Shown: positions 8,392 through 18,226 of the stretch, piece after piece | Layout of the letters: every line of letters starts with the position of its first letter | Numbering within the stretch: the first letter of the stretch is position 1 | NCBI GenBank assembly: GCA_964012805.1 | Contig: CAXGUD010000044.1 | Span: 1 to 29,218, forward strand | Length of the DNA stretch: 29,218 nucleotides | Direction: 5' to 3' | Source: an uncultured Bacteriovoracaceae bacterium | Lineage (GTDB): Bacteria; Bdellovibrionota; Bacteriovoracia; Bacteriovoracales; Bacteriovoracaceae | Notes under the pieces: generated by a model | What the model saw: only the letters and a program-made list of their open reading frames with translations | Database searches by the model: none | What the model was told of the DNA's origin: nothing | Position numbers and translations under genes: made by a program

Positions 8392-9777
8392 GTGAAAAAA
8401 TTTGACGACATTCCAGGTCCCCAAGGTTTGGGAATCTTTTCATGTATCAAGGGCCTTCTTACTGATAATTGGAATGAACAAAAAAGGATGCATCAAAGAT
8501 TTGGTGATATTGTCTTAGTTAAATATCCACAAAAAAGAGTTTTTGTTTACCACCCAGATTATATTCACTATATTTTAAAAGAAAACTCCAAAAACTATGG
8601 AAAAGGCAAAGCATTTGAACCTCTAAAGTTTTTATTAGGAAATGGCCTGGTTACAAGTGAGGGAGATATATGGAAAAATAGTCGAAGAATCATCGGTAAT
8701 GAATTTAACTCAAAAGCAATTATTAAATTTTCTGAATTAATGATTAAAGATACAAACAAATTAATTCAATCATGGAAAGATTTGTCCAAGGACCAAACAG
8801 AAGCTGTGGAAGTTGACGTAAACAAAGAAATGATGGCCCTTACTTTCAATATAATAGGAGATAGTCTTTTTGGAAGTTTGTTGGGAGAAAAATCGCACAT
8901 AATTCAAAACAACCTTGGAACTGCAACAGATATTATTATAAAAAGAGTCATGACAGGTATTAATACCCCTTCCATTCTTCCTACTCCTGCCAACTTAAAA
9001 CTTTCAAAAATTAACAATAGTTTTGAAAAAATTGTTTATGAAATCATGGAAAAAGACACGTTAATTGAAGAGCAACTAAAAAAAAATATAAAATCCCAAG
9101 AAGTGCCTAATAATGTTCTTTTTAAATTAATAAAAGCAAATAAAAGCGAGGGTAAAAAGGCCCTCTCCATCCAACAAATACGCGATGAAATTATGACTCT
9201 TATGTTGGCCGGCCATGAAACGACTAGTAATTTATTAACATGGACGCTTTACCTCCTTTCTCAATCACCAGAAAAAGAAAAAATACTTTATAAAGAATTG
9301 AGTTCATTTGAAAAAGAGATTTTAAGTTATGATGATTTAGGCCAAGCACCATATCTAAATGCTGTTATTCTTGAATCCATGAGGATGTTACCACCAGTCC
9401 CGCTTACATCTAGGGAAACTATTGAAGAGGATCAAGTCGGCGGTTACATTATCCCTCCTAAAACGACCATCTTTATGAGCCAAATGATCACCCAAAATGA
9501 TGCTCGATTTTTTAAAAACCCCGATACCTTTTTACCAGAAAGGTTTTTAAACAAAGACCCATACAAAGAAAACCCAGGTGCTTATTTTCCTTTTGTGCTA
9601 GGGCCAAGACGATGTGTTGGAGAAGATTTTTCACTCGTTGAATCAAAAATAATCTTATCAGGCCTTATTAAAAATTTTAGTTTTTCTCTGAAAGAAAACT
9701 TTAGGCCAAAACCTGTTCCTAGTATTACCCTCCAGACAAAAAATGGTATGCCTATGTATATAAAATTTCGAGGTTAA
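8392..9777 (+). CDS. Cytochrome P450
   Basis: 461 aa; I-helix AGHETT, K-helix ESMR, PERF, heme motif FVLGPRRCVG; AAGGA RBS before GTG. Confidence 0.97.
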   Translation: MKKFDDIPGPQGLGIFSCIKGLLTDNWNEQKRMHQRFGDIVLVKYPQKRVFVYHPDYIHYILKENSKNYGKGKAFEPLKFLLGNGLVTSEGDIWKNSRRIIGNEFNSKAIIKFSELMIKDTNKLIQSWKDLSKDQTEAVEVDVNKEMMALTFNIIGDSLFGSLLGEKSHIIQNNLGTATDIIIKRVMTGINTPSILPTPANLKLSKINNSFEKIVYEIMEKDTLIEEQLKKNIKSQEVPNNVLFKLIKANKSEGKKALSIQQIRDEIMTLMLAGHETTSNLLTWTLYLLSQSPEKEKILYKELSSFEKEILSYDDLGQAPYLNAVILESMRMLPPVPLTSRETIEEDQVGGYIIPPKTTIFMSQMITQNDARFFKNPDTFLPERFLNKDPYKENPGAYFPFVLGPRRCVGEDFSLVESKIILSGLIKNFSFSLKENFRPKPVPSITLQTKNGMPMYIKFRG

Positions 9778-9931
9778 ATGTATTTTTAAAGGAAATATTT
9801 CATAGAATCTTGTTTTTCCCTCTATTATTTATTTATATTTTGCAGTAATCGTTGTACTTCTTAAAATGTTAAGTTCCTCAGGTTTAAATAAACCTATTTT
9901 CTTTAATTAATTTCAGGTAAGGGGGGAAAGA

Positions 9932-10144
9932 GTGCAGATTTTTAAATTAGAAGGGAAGGCCTTTATTCCACTATGCGACATTCTTAAAAGGGTTGGGCTA
10001 TGTCAAACTGGTGGGCATGCAAAAATGGTGATTGCAGATGGTCTTGTTAAAGTTGATAATGAAATAGAACTAAGAAAGAGGTGTAAAATTAAAGACGGCC
10101 AAATTATAGAATTTGAAGGTCAAAGGATTAAAGTTGAAGCTTAA
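9932..10144 (+). CDS. ybcJ: RNA-binding S4 domain protein (YbcJ/YaaA family)
   Basis: 70 aa; FIPLCDILKRVGLCQTGGHAKMVIADGLVKVDNEIELRKRCKI is typical of the family; strong G-rich RBS. Confidence 0.9.
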   Translation: MQIFKLEGKAFIPLCDILKRVGLCQTGGHAKMVIADGLVKVDNEIELRKRCKIKDGQIIEFEGQRIKVEA

Positions 10145-10751
10145 GGAAAAAGCTCATTGGGAAAATGTTTATCAAACAAAATCTCCAAATCAAGTTAGCT
10201 GGTTCCAAGAGGAACCTAAGCTTTCTATGATTTTAATAAATCGCTTCGCTCAAAATAAAGAAAGTTCCCTAATTGATGTAGGTGGAGGAGCTTCCCGATT
10301 AATTGACCAACTTCTTGTTAATGGCTTTAATAATACGACTGTCTTAGATATTTCTGAAAACGCCTTAAACCATTCAAAAGAACGGCTTGGCTGTGTTAAA
10401 AAGAATGTTAAGTGGGTCGTTCAAGATATAAAAGACTTAAGCATTCAAACTAAATTTGACATCTGGCACGATCGCGCTCTTTTCCATTTTTTAAACTCAA
10501 GCGAAGAAAAAAAAGCATACCTAAAAAATTTGGAGGCAAATTTAAATCCAGGAGGCATCGTCATCCTCTTCACTTTTTCTGAAGAAGGGCCGTTAAAATG
10601 TTCAGGCCTTGAAATAACAAGATATGATCAAAAAACAATGATAGAGCTTATAGGACCCCATTTTAAATGTCTTCATTTTCAAAAGGAAACCCACCAAACG
10701 CCATTAAATAATGAGCAAAATTTTAATATTTGGGTATTTAAAAGAATTTAA
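10134..10751 (+). CDS. Class I SAM-dependent methyltransferase
   Basis: HWENVYQTK...VSWFQ, IDVGGGAS, DIWHDRALFHFL, GPLKCSGL; ORF is open from 10113, but TTG 10134 has an AAGGA RBS 6 nt upstream. Confidence 0.92.
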   Translation: MKLKEKAHWENVYQTKSPNQVSWFQEEPKLSMILINRFAQNKESSLIDVGGGASRLIDQLLVNGFNNTTVLDISENALNHSKERLGCVKKNVKWVVQDIKDLSIQTKFDIWHDRALFHFLNSSEEKKAYLKNLEANLNPGGIVILFTFSEEGPLKCSGLEITRYDQKTMIELIGPHFKCLHFQKETHQTPLNNEQNFNIWVFKRI

Positions 10752-10756
10752 TTTTT

Positions 10757-13700
10757 TCAAGAAGCCTTTTTATCCTCAATTGAGATCAATGTTTCCGTTC
10801 CTTTCCCTTTGACAGACTTTATTTTTAATTCTCCATTCAACGATTCAATATTGGTTTTTACAACATCCATTCCGATCCCACGACCACTTACATCTGTCAC
10901 ATTATCTTTTGTAGAAAGCCCTGAAGAAAAAATTAAATCAAGTTTTTCATCTTCTGAAAGTTTTTTGGCATCTTTATCGTTTATTATTTCATTTTCAATG
11001 GCCTTTTTTACGAGCCTTTCTCTATCAATTCCCTTACCATCATCCGCAATAGTTATATCAAATCCACCATCTCGCTTTTTGCAGTTTATTTCCAATTTTC
11101 CAAATTTTTCTTTTTTTGCATCGGCCCTCGAATTGAAGTCTTCAATTCCATGATCCAGGGAATTCCTTAGGATATGATTTAAAGAATCATTTAAAAGTTG
11201 AAACTCTTTTTCATCTAAATAGATATCATCGCTTTGAAAAGAGTAATGTACGTCCTTTTCCATATTATCTGTTATTTCCTTTATTGTGCCCTCATATGAC
11301 TTAAACATTAGAGAAATAGGTGTGAAATCAACTTTTGACAAAAGGCTTTGGAGATCAGTTATTTCAACGGCTTTAAATTTTGTAAATAAATGCTCTAATG
11401 TTGTTTTGATTTTTTTAAAAATGCTATTATGAACTTCAATAAATTGGTCTTCCTCTTCCTGGGTACCAAAAGAAATTAACTCTCCGGTAAGATTATCCGG
11501 ATTTTTTCCTTCGTGAATAATTTTAATTGAAAAAACGTCATTTGCCATCTTTATATATTTATTAAGGTCTACAACAACAAGAGACTTTAAATCGTTTTCT
11601 AAATTAAGCTGATTTTCTTTTGAAAACGTTCCTCTATCATCCCGCCACTTATTGATATTATTTTCCAATTCATGAACAGTTGTCGACAAACTTAAAAGAC
11701 CTACACTCCTTGCGTTTCCTTTAATAGTATGGATATTTCTAAGAAGTCTTTTTACTTCTTCGGAATCACCATCCTTTGCCAAAGTCTCACTTCTTTTTTC
11801 AATATCATCCCTTATTTCAACAATTTGTAGTCTCGTATTTTCCATAAACTTTTTAATCTGCCTCATGTGAGCGGAGAAGTCCTTACCTTGAGATGGTGCC
11901 AATTCGCTTAATATCTGATTATAGGAATCTTCTTTATCCTTTCTCTTTTTCATTTCATCTTGAAGCTTTTCCAAATCAGTAATATCTTCTGCGACAATCA
12001 TTATTTTTTCTAAATCACCTACTTTATCCCAAAGAGGCTTATAGCCGACTCTCAGAACAGATTTATCGGAATCATCCTTTTTATTATCTGACTCACCACT
12101 TCCATTGCCATAACCTTCAAAAATCTCTATTCGAGTAGGTAAATAGTCAACTGATTGGTCCCATTGAATATCACACATACCAAAAGAACACTCAAAAGCA
12201 GACTTTATTTCAACACCCTTTTCAGAGGAAAAATCAATATCCTTGAATAAGATATTATAAACAGATTCTCCTTTTATCTCTCTTTTAAAGATTTCTTTTG
12301 AAAATTCACTGACGACCTTATCCTCAATGACAAAATCCATCTTTTCTTCATTATCAATGACAACACAGGAAACAATGAAAACAGCTTGCTCCATATTATG
12401 GAGGAGTGATTCTGTATCATTTAATGCAACAGATAACTGCTCAGTTCTTTCTTCAACCATTTTTTCTAAATTTCTGTTGAAATCATTGAGGGCCTCATTA
12501 CTTTTTTCTAACTCAAGGGCCTTCTTCCTCTCGGATATTCTAAGGCTGTTAATTATATCAGCAAGACCTAATGAAAGAATAATAAGTTCAATTAAAATTC
12601 CTATTTTCATATAATGTTGAGATATATAAGTAAAAGGTAATCTTCCACTCTTTGCCCATGATAAAGTTAGCGCCCCAATGAGATAACAAGCAAAGGCCGG
12701 AAAATAAAACTTAGCGGGTCTTAGAATTTCCCAATTCGCTTTTTTTCCTTTATAAAAGGCAATTCCTGAAACGACAATTGTATAAACACCCATGAAGGAA
12801 ATCATGGGATAAAAAACTGTTCCTGTAATTAAGCTTATTAGTTTTGGATGAAAGCTTAAAAGCATAAAAATGAAATAAATCCCTGCCAAGAGCCATAATG
12901 TTTTATTAATAGTAGGAAGGTTTTTTTTTGCATCAATAAAAATAGCCGTTAGGGTAAAAATCATAACAATTTGTGCGTAAATACTTATAACGGCCATATT
13001 ATTTCTTAAAATAAGGGAGCTGGGCTCAAGAAAGTAATTGAGCCAACCTTCAATAAAAAGAATTTGGCTACTCCACACGACGGCCAAATAAAGACAATAA
13101 ACACCATATTTTGGGTCTTTGGTAGAAAGGAAAATAAAAAGGTTATAAAGAAATAGCGTTATCATTGCCGCTGATAAAGTTATATCCCAAAGCATTTCCT
13201 TTCGTTGATCTTTTGAAAGATTTAATTCATTCATTACCTGAATATTTAGCGCTGTTGTTCCCGGACTCTTTATTTTTAAAATATAGCTGGCCCCTTCTTG
13301 TCCTGGATCTATGCTAAAAATAGGGTATCTGTAATTATTTTCTTTTTCTTCCCACTTAACTCGATCACCATCTCTTACGATTTCCTCTTTTCCATTCTCA
13401 AACTTTAAAAGGTCAGCATTATCAACATTAGGTGCATTAACAGTTAAATAAAGAGGTCTTTTGGTATTTGCCTTTAAAGAAAACTTAAACCAATAGGTAT
13501 TTTTGAGGGATTGTTTAAAGCCTGTTGCTTCTTTACCAAATATTTTAAAGCTTTGTCCTTTTATCGTTTCAAAACTCTTTGAAGAGTCTTTATCCAAAAA
13601 GATTTCCGCCTTTGAGGTAATATTTTGGATTTCACCTGTTACGGTTATACTTTTTTCTGAAGCTTTCAGATCATAAGTATTTGTCAGGGTCAAATAAAGA

Positions 13701-13786
13701 CCCAAAAAAACGAATAATAATTGTATATTATATTGTTTGAATAATATCCTGATTTTTGCACAAAATTCCTTTGAATCCATAACCAT
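10757..13786 (-). CDS. 7TM-DISM sensor fused to PAS-like, Hpt and CheA-type HATPase domains (no CheW domain)
   Basis: 1009 aa; DISMED2-like YWFKFSL and YRYPIF; 7TM region LFLYNLFIFLSTKD...ILSLGLAD; Hpt RNIHTIKGNAR (H686); HILRNSLDHGIE, DDGKGID, IFSSGLST, SGRGIGMDVV; exact start uncertain. Confidence 0.92.
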   Translation of the reverse strand: MVMDSKEFCAKIRILFKQYNIQLLFVFLGLYLTLTNTYDLKASEKSITVTGEIQNITSKAEIFLDKDSSKSFETIKGQSFKIFGKEATGFKQSLKNTYWFKFSLKANTKRPLYLTVNAPNVDNADLLKFENGKEEIVRDGDRVKWEEKENNYRYPIFSIDPGQEGASYILKIKSPGTTALNIQVMNELNLSKDQRKEMLWDITLSAAMITLFLYNLFIFLSTKDPKYGVYCLYLAVVWSSQILFIEGWLNYFLEPSSLILRNNMAVISIYAQIVMIFTLTAIFIDAKKNLPTINKTLWLLAGIYFIFMLLSFHPKLISLITGTVFYPMISFMGVYTIVVSGIAFYKGKKANWEILRPAKFYFPAFACYLIGALTLSWAKSGRLPFTYISQHYMKIGILIELIILSLGLADIINSLRISERKKALELEKSNEALNDFNRNLEKMVEERTEQLSVALNDTESLLHNMEQAVFIVSCVVIDNEEKMDFVIEDKVVSEFSKEIFKREIKGESVYNILFKDIDFSSEKGVEIKSAFECSFGMCDIQWDQSVDYLPTRIEIFEGYGNGSGESDNKKDDSDKSVLRVGYKPLWDKVGDLEKIMIVAEDITDLEKLQDEMKKRKDKEDSYNQILSELAPSQGKDFSAHMRQIKKFMENTRLQIVEIRDDIEKRSETLAKDGDSEEVKRLLRNIHTIKGNARSVGLLSLSTTVHELENNINKWRDDRGTFSKENQLNLENDLKSLVVVDLNKYIKMANDVFSIKIIHEGKNPDNLTGELISFGTQEEEDQFIEVHNSIFKKIKTTLEHLFTKFKAVEITDLQSLLSKVDFTPISLMFKSYEGTIKEITDNMEKDVHYSFQSDDIYLDEKEFQLLNDSLNHILRNSLDHGIEDFNSRADAKKEKFGKLEINCKKRDGGFDITIADDGKGIDRERLVKKAIENEIINDKDAKKLSEDEKLDLIFSSGLSTKDNVTDVSGRGIGMDVVKTNIESLNGELKIKSVKGKGTETLISIEDKKAS

Positions 13787-13787
13787 T

Positions 13788-13814
13788 TTTTCGGTTATTG
13801 AACAAGTTTTCTTA
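13788..13814 (-). promoter_or_regulatory. Putative sigma28 promoter of the sensor kinase
   Basis: Minus strand TAAG-N15-ACCGAAAA. Confidence 0.55.
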
Positions 13815-13992
13815 AAACATCTTCAAAATAAAAACTTAGGAATCTAATTAATAGAAACTGATTTTAATCACATTTATAATTTGATTTGCCTAAAACACGG
13901 ACCTGTTTCTTTAATCTTGCTCTTTTTTGGTTGGTTTTTTTAAGCAATAGGAATAACTTCAAATAAAAGGTATTTACTAGGATAAATGATAT

Positions 13993-15411
13993 CTAAGGAG
14001 AAATTATGTAAGGTCTGGCCTTATCACTTAAGTAATCATAAAACTTCAAAACCAAATCACTTGAAGGATTGGTTCCTGGGAGAAGAGAAGTTTTTCTTGG
14101 GACCCTGTCTAAAAAAAAGTGACCACTCATTTGGTTTAATTCAGGAGCGGAGGCCATCCATATTATAGTATCGGCCCCCTCTTCTGGAGTTCTAAGATGA
14201 GGCTCCATAAATTTATAAAAACTGGGAAGACTTTCAGCAACGCCCGGTGTATCTGCCCAGCCCGGATGCATTGAGTTGACGTTAATAAAATCTGATGACC
14301 ATTTTTTTGCCCAGACTTCACTCAATGTTACAAGACCTCTTTTTGCCCTGGCGTAGGCGACGGAACCATTATAATTTTCAGCTCTCATTTCCAACCCCTT
14401 AAGTTTAAGGGCCTGTGTATACATTCCTCCTGAAGATACATTAATAACTCTTGAGTGCGGAGTCTTTTTAAGAAGAGGAAATATATTTTCCGTTAAAACA
14501 AAAGGTGAGAGAAGAAGAAGTGCGAAAGTTTTTTCAAAGCCCTCAGAGGTGACCCCTCTTTCATTATAAAGGGCCCCTGCATTATTAATAAGAACATCGA
14601 TTGGTTTTCCACCCTTTAAAAGCTTTTCTGATAAGTCTTTAACCTCTTCAAGAATGCTTAAATCTCTTTTCTCTACATGAACTTTCTGACCCGTTTCCTC
14701 TTCGATCATGAAAGCTGTATTCCAGCTTTTATCTTCATTTCGGGAAACAATTGTTAAATCTGCTCCTAGCTTCGCCAGTCCTAATGCTGTGGCACGACCA
14801 AGTCCGGAGCTTCCCCCCGTTAGCAAAACCTTCTTGCCTCCCATGTAGCTTGAAAGCGCTCCCCACTTTTTTTTACCTTCCCGATGCCCCCTTTTTGTAA
14901 AGTTTAGAACGCCAGGAATAATTAATGTATCTTTCATTGTATCAATTAGATTGGCCTTTGGTTCAGGAGGAACAAACTCAAGCGCCCTTTTCAATTCATC
15001 TAATACTCCATCACCAAAACTAAATTTATTATCTTTAAATTGGCTTCCAAAAACGCTAAAGAAACCCTTTATTTGGTGGTTCATCTCATAATTAATTTGT
15101 GTGGTAACTTCATCAATTTTATGAAAAGATATTTTCTCTTCTCCTTCATAATGGGGACCGCTTCCATGAACCAATATCAATTTGTCTTTCTCATAATTTT
15201 TAACCTCGTATAAAACTGTCCCCTTAAAAGGTCCAAAACCAAAAATAAGTTCAAAACGAGTTCCAACACCCAAGAGCCCTGGGCTAATTTTTCTCGATTC
15301 TTTAACACTAGAACTCCATTGATCACTATTTTCAAAATGGCTTACATAATGAAAAACTTCAATAAGAGGTCTTTTAACAGTAATTGATTTTTTAAAATTA
15401 AACTGCTTCAA
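13993..15411 (-). CDS. SRPBCC (START/polyketide cyclase-like) domain fused to a DHRS12-like short-chain dehydrogenase/reductase
   Basis: 472 aa; N-terminal SITVKRPLIEVFHYVSHFENSDQW; SDR motifs TGGSSGLG, NNAG, VSSGGMY, YARAK, MHPGWADTPG. Confidence 0.92.
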   Translation of the reverse strand: MKQFNFKKSITVKRPLIEVFHYVSHFENSDQWSSSVKESRKISPGLLGVGTRFELIFGFGPFKGTVLYEVKNYEKDKLILVHGSGPHYEGEEKISFHKIDEVTTQINYEMNHQIKGFFSVFGSQFKDNKFSFGDGVLDELKRALEFVPPEPKANLIDTMKDTLIIPGVLNFTKRGHREGKKKWGALSSYMGGKKVLLTGGSSGLGRATALGLAKLGADLTIVSRNEDKSWNTAFMIEEETGQKVHVEKRDLSILEEVKDLSEKLLKGGKPIDVLINNAGALYNERGVTSEGFEKTFALLLLSPFVLTENIFPLLKKTPHSRVINVSSGGMYTQALKLKGLEMRAENYNGSVAYARAKRGLVTLSEVWAKKWSSDFINVNSMHPGWADTPGVAESLPSFYKFMEPHLRTPEEGADTIIWMASAPELNQMSGHFFLDRVPRKTSLLPGTNPSSDLVLKFYDYLSDKARPYIISP

Positions 15412-15468
15412 AAGCCTTATCCTTTGGAGACAATATTGACTTCGTTATCTTAACACTTAGAGGTTCGA

Positions 15469-18090
15469 TCAGTCCCTTTTTTTCTTTTTTTGTTTTGAGT
15501 AAGAAGTAGGTTTACTTGATAACGGATCCAATGGCCAATCATGTTTTGGGTACTGACGATTTAGCTCCTTTCTTACAAGTTCATATGAACCTTCCCAAAA
15601 GTCCTCGAGTCGGTCTGTAATCTGAACGGGTCTTCCAGCAGGGTTTAGTAAATGAATAGTCATAATAACTTTTCCTTTGCAAAGAGTCGGGGTTTTGGTT
15701 TGGCCATACATCTCATTAATCTTAATAGGAAGAACAGGTTTTTTTCCCTTTTCATACTTTATCCTAACCTTCTTTCCAGTAGGTGCATTAAAAAAAGGTG
15801 GAGCTAACTGATTCACAAGTGCCAGAAATTTATGACCCAAAAAAAAGTCCAGACCTTCTTCCAAATGACTTCGTTTTAAGTCACCCAGCTCAAAAATACC
15901 TTCAATAAAAGGGTAAAGCCATTGCTCAATATTTCTTAGAAGGTCTTTTTGGGTAACAGAAGGTATATTGAGCTCAGGACACCACTCTCTCACTGTCATA
16001 ACCCTTTCAATCCACTGCAAAGTCCCTTCATCCCATGGCAAAAGGGTACTATCTTTCTTTAGCGCCTGCAAAAATACTTTCCTTTTTTCATCATGACTAA
16101 GATCCTTAACAAAATACCTTTTTAAAATAATGGCACCTAATTTTTCGTACTCAAAAGCTGTAACCTCTTTTAGTTCATGATCCCAGCCAGTTTCTCTAAC
16201 TCTTTCTATATAATCACCAAAGTATTTTTGAATATGTGCCTCTTTTAAACCTGCAGAAATTGTAATAAAAGAGTCCTTACCCTTTTTCTTTAACTCTCCA
16301 ATGGCCAGGAAATCATGTGGAATTTGTTGGTCTTCATTTAAGAGGTATGCACCCTTTCCGCCCAACATATGATATCTTTTTGTCTTTTGATTCCTTCTCT
16401 TCGCTAACCTATCAGTGTAGGCCATCCCCAGAACCACTCCAGTCAGCTCTTCAACCACCTTTAAGGAAGAAGAATTCCATTGATCTTTTTCCTCGCCTGA
16501 CAATTTTTTTTTCAAGTAAAGAGACTTTAAAAACCTTCCCTTTAGCTTCTTAGAAGTTTCATCAATCCCTTTAACAAAGCCTGGATGAAGCCCTAAATCT
16601 TTTACTGCTTTTAATCCCTTTTTCCTAAAATCATGAAGGGCCTCAAGTACTAGGCAAAGGTCACTATTAAAAGGGCCTTCTCGACTCTTACCCCCAAAAC
16701 TTGATGAAGCCTCCCTCTCTAGAAGAAAAGCAGTCAAATCAAGGGCCAAAGATTGAAGCCCAAACCTTTTGGCCATAAGAACCATATGCCCGAGGCGGGG
16801 CTCAATCCCTAATGATAAAACGCCCTCACCATGCGCCGTTATTTTTTCATCATGATCAAGACATCCCAATTGTTTTAAAAGCTCCTCTGCTTTTTGAAAT
16901 GTTTCTTCTGGTGGCTTTGTTGGCCAACTCATTTTACTCCAATCAGACGCTCCCCAATTTGCGAGCTGGAGAACAGTATCACTCAAATCTGCAAAAAGGA
17001 TTTCTGGTTCCCTCTCTTCTTTTAAAAGGTTGTGCTGAGCTTCACTCCAAAGTCTATAACAAAACCCTGGACTTAATCTTCCTGCTCTTCCTGCCCTTTG
17101 CTTAGCTTGACCTTTTGATATCTTTTTTATTTGAAGCTTAGTGAGACCCGAATCTTGGTCTAAATATGGAACCTTTGAAAGTCCTGAGTCTACAACAACC
17201 TTTATTCCAGGAATTGTTACACTTGTTTCAGCTATTGGAGTAGATAAAATGACAAACCTTTGAGGTGCGTCTGGCTTCAAATTTAAAACCTCATCTTGTA
17301 ATGGCTTTGCCATACTTCCATAAAGTGTTTTTAAAACCACCTCTTCTTTACTACTCAGATTCTTTTCAAGCTCTTTTTTCATCTTTAAAATTTCACCACT
17401 TCCCGGTAAAAAAACTAAGACATTCCCTTTATGCCTAGAATAAGCATCCAAGACTAAATTTTTAAAAGGGTCAAACCAATCCAAACTTATGTCTCTTGGG
17501 GAATAAATGATTTCTACCGGATAAGGACTTCCAGGCCCGCTAACGATAGGGGCATTCTTAAAAAAGCTTTTTAGATGGTCTAAATCAAGGGTCGCGGACA
17601 TTATCAATATTTTTAGATCATCTCTAAGGTTTTCTTGAACATCCATGGTCAAAGTTAATGCCAAATCTGACTGAAGGTTTCGTTCATGGAATTCATCAAA
17701 AATAATAAGACCAACACCACTTAATTCTGGGTCTTTTTGAAGTCTTTTAGTTAATACGCCTTCTGTGACAACCTCAATTTTAGTATTTGGACCAGAAAAA
17801 TGCTCGAACCTTACAGAATAGCCAATAGTTTCCCCTATTGTCTCTTTAAGTAATTGGGACATAAAATTTGATGTCGACCTAGTCGCGATCCTTCTAGGCT
17901 CAAGCATTAAAATTTTTTTTTGACCTAAAATGCCTGCCTGATAGATGGCCAAAGGTACTGCGGTAGTCTTTCCCGCGCCTGGCATTGCCTCTAAAATTAC
18001 CCTATTATTCTTCTGTAAGCTCTCTATAAGTGAGGGAAGACACTCGTTAATTGGAAGAGAAGAAAAATCTAAAGGCCCGCTTTTATTCAC
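15469..18090 (-). CDS. hrpB: ATP-dependent RNA helicase HrpB
   Basis: 873 aa; PGAGKTT, LEPRR, DEFHER, MSAT, QRAGRAGR; HrpB C-terminus LLNPAGRPVQIT..L..FWEGSY..VRKEL...YPKHDWP. Confidence 0.97.
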   Translation of the reverse strand: MNKSGPLDFSSLPINECLPSLIESLQKNNRVILEAMPGAGKTTAVPLAIYQAGILGQKKILMLEPRRIATRSTSNFMSQLLKETIGETIGYSVRFEHFSGPNTKIEVVTEGVLTKRLQKDPELSGVGLIIFDEFHERNLQSDLALTLTMDVQENLRDDLKILIMSATLDLDHLKSFFKNAPIVSGPGSPYPVEIIYSPRDISLDWFDPFKNLVLDAYSRHKGNVLVFLPGSGEILKMKKELEKNLSSKEEVVLKTLYGSMAKPLQDEVLNLKPDAPQRFVILSTPIAETSVTIPGIKVVVDSGLSKVPYLDQDSGLTKLQIKKISKGQAKQRAGRAGRLSPGFCYRLWSEAQHNLLKEEREPEILFADLSDTVLQLANWGASDWSKMSWPTKPPEETFQKAEELLKQLGCLDHDEKITAHGEGVLSLGIEPRLGHMVLMAKRFGLQSLALDLTAFLLEREASSSFGGKSREGPFNSDLCLVLEALHDFRKKGLKAVKDLGLHPGFVKGIDETSKKLKGRFLKSLYLKKKLSGEEKDQWNSSSLKVVEELTGVVLGMAYTDRLAKRRNQKTKRYHMLGGKGAYLLNEDQQIPHDFLAIGELKKKGKDSFITISAGLKEAHIQKYFGDYIERVRETGWDHELKEVTAFEYEKLGAIILKRYFVKDLSHDEKRKVFLQALKKDSTLLPWDEGTLQWIERVMTVREWCPELNIPSVTQKDLLRNIEQWLYPFIEGIFELGDLKRSHLEEGLDFFLGHKFLALVNQLAPPFFNAPTGKKVRIKYEKGKKPVLPIKINEMYGQTKTPTLCKGKVIMTIHLLNPAGRPVQITDRLEDFWEGSYELVRKELNRQYPKHDWPLDPLSSKPTSYSKQKKKKRD

Positions 18091-18133
18091 TATTTATACT
18101 CTCTAGTGTCTCTTTTAAAACTCTAGGAAAAGC

Positions 18134-18163
18134 AGTATAAAAGATATCCAATAGAACTGGCAA
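18134..18163 (-). promoter_or_regulatory. Putative sigma70 promoter of hrpB
   Basis: Minus strand TTGCCA-N18-TATACT, 43 nt upstream of GTG 18090. Confidence 0.55.
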
Positions 18164-18226
18164 ACGATCTAATATAAACCTCAGGTCATTTCTTAGGTTT
18201 TTTTTAGGAAGTTAAGCGATTTCTGT

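Noticed and set aside
10757..13786. Assigning the symbol cheA
   Set aside because: Lacks P2 and CheW domains, is membrane-bound, and has no che neighbours
7516..17105. Plus-strand ORFs 7516-7707, 10809-11153, 12327-12614, 13986-14168, 16317-16553 and 16812-17105
   Set aside because: Antisense shadows of well-supported minus-strand genes
15469..18090. Helicase as part of an anti-phage defence system
   Set aside because: Ordinary full-length HrpB with no nuclease or effector partner nearby
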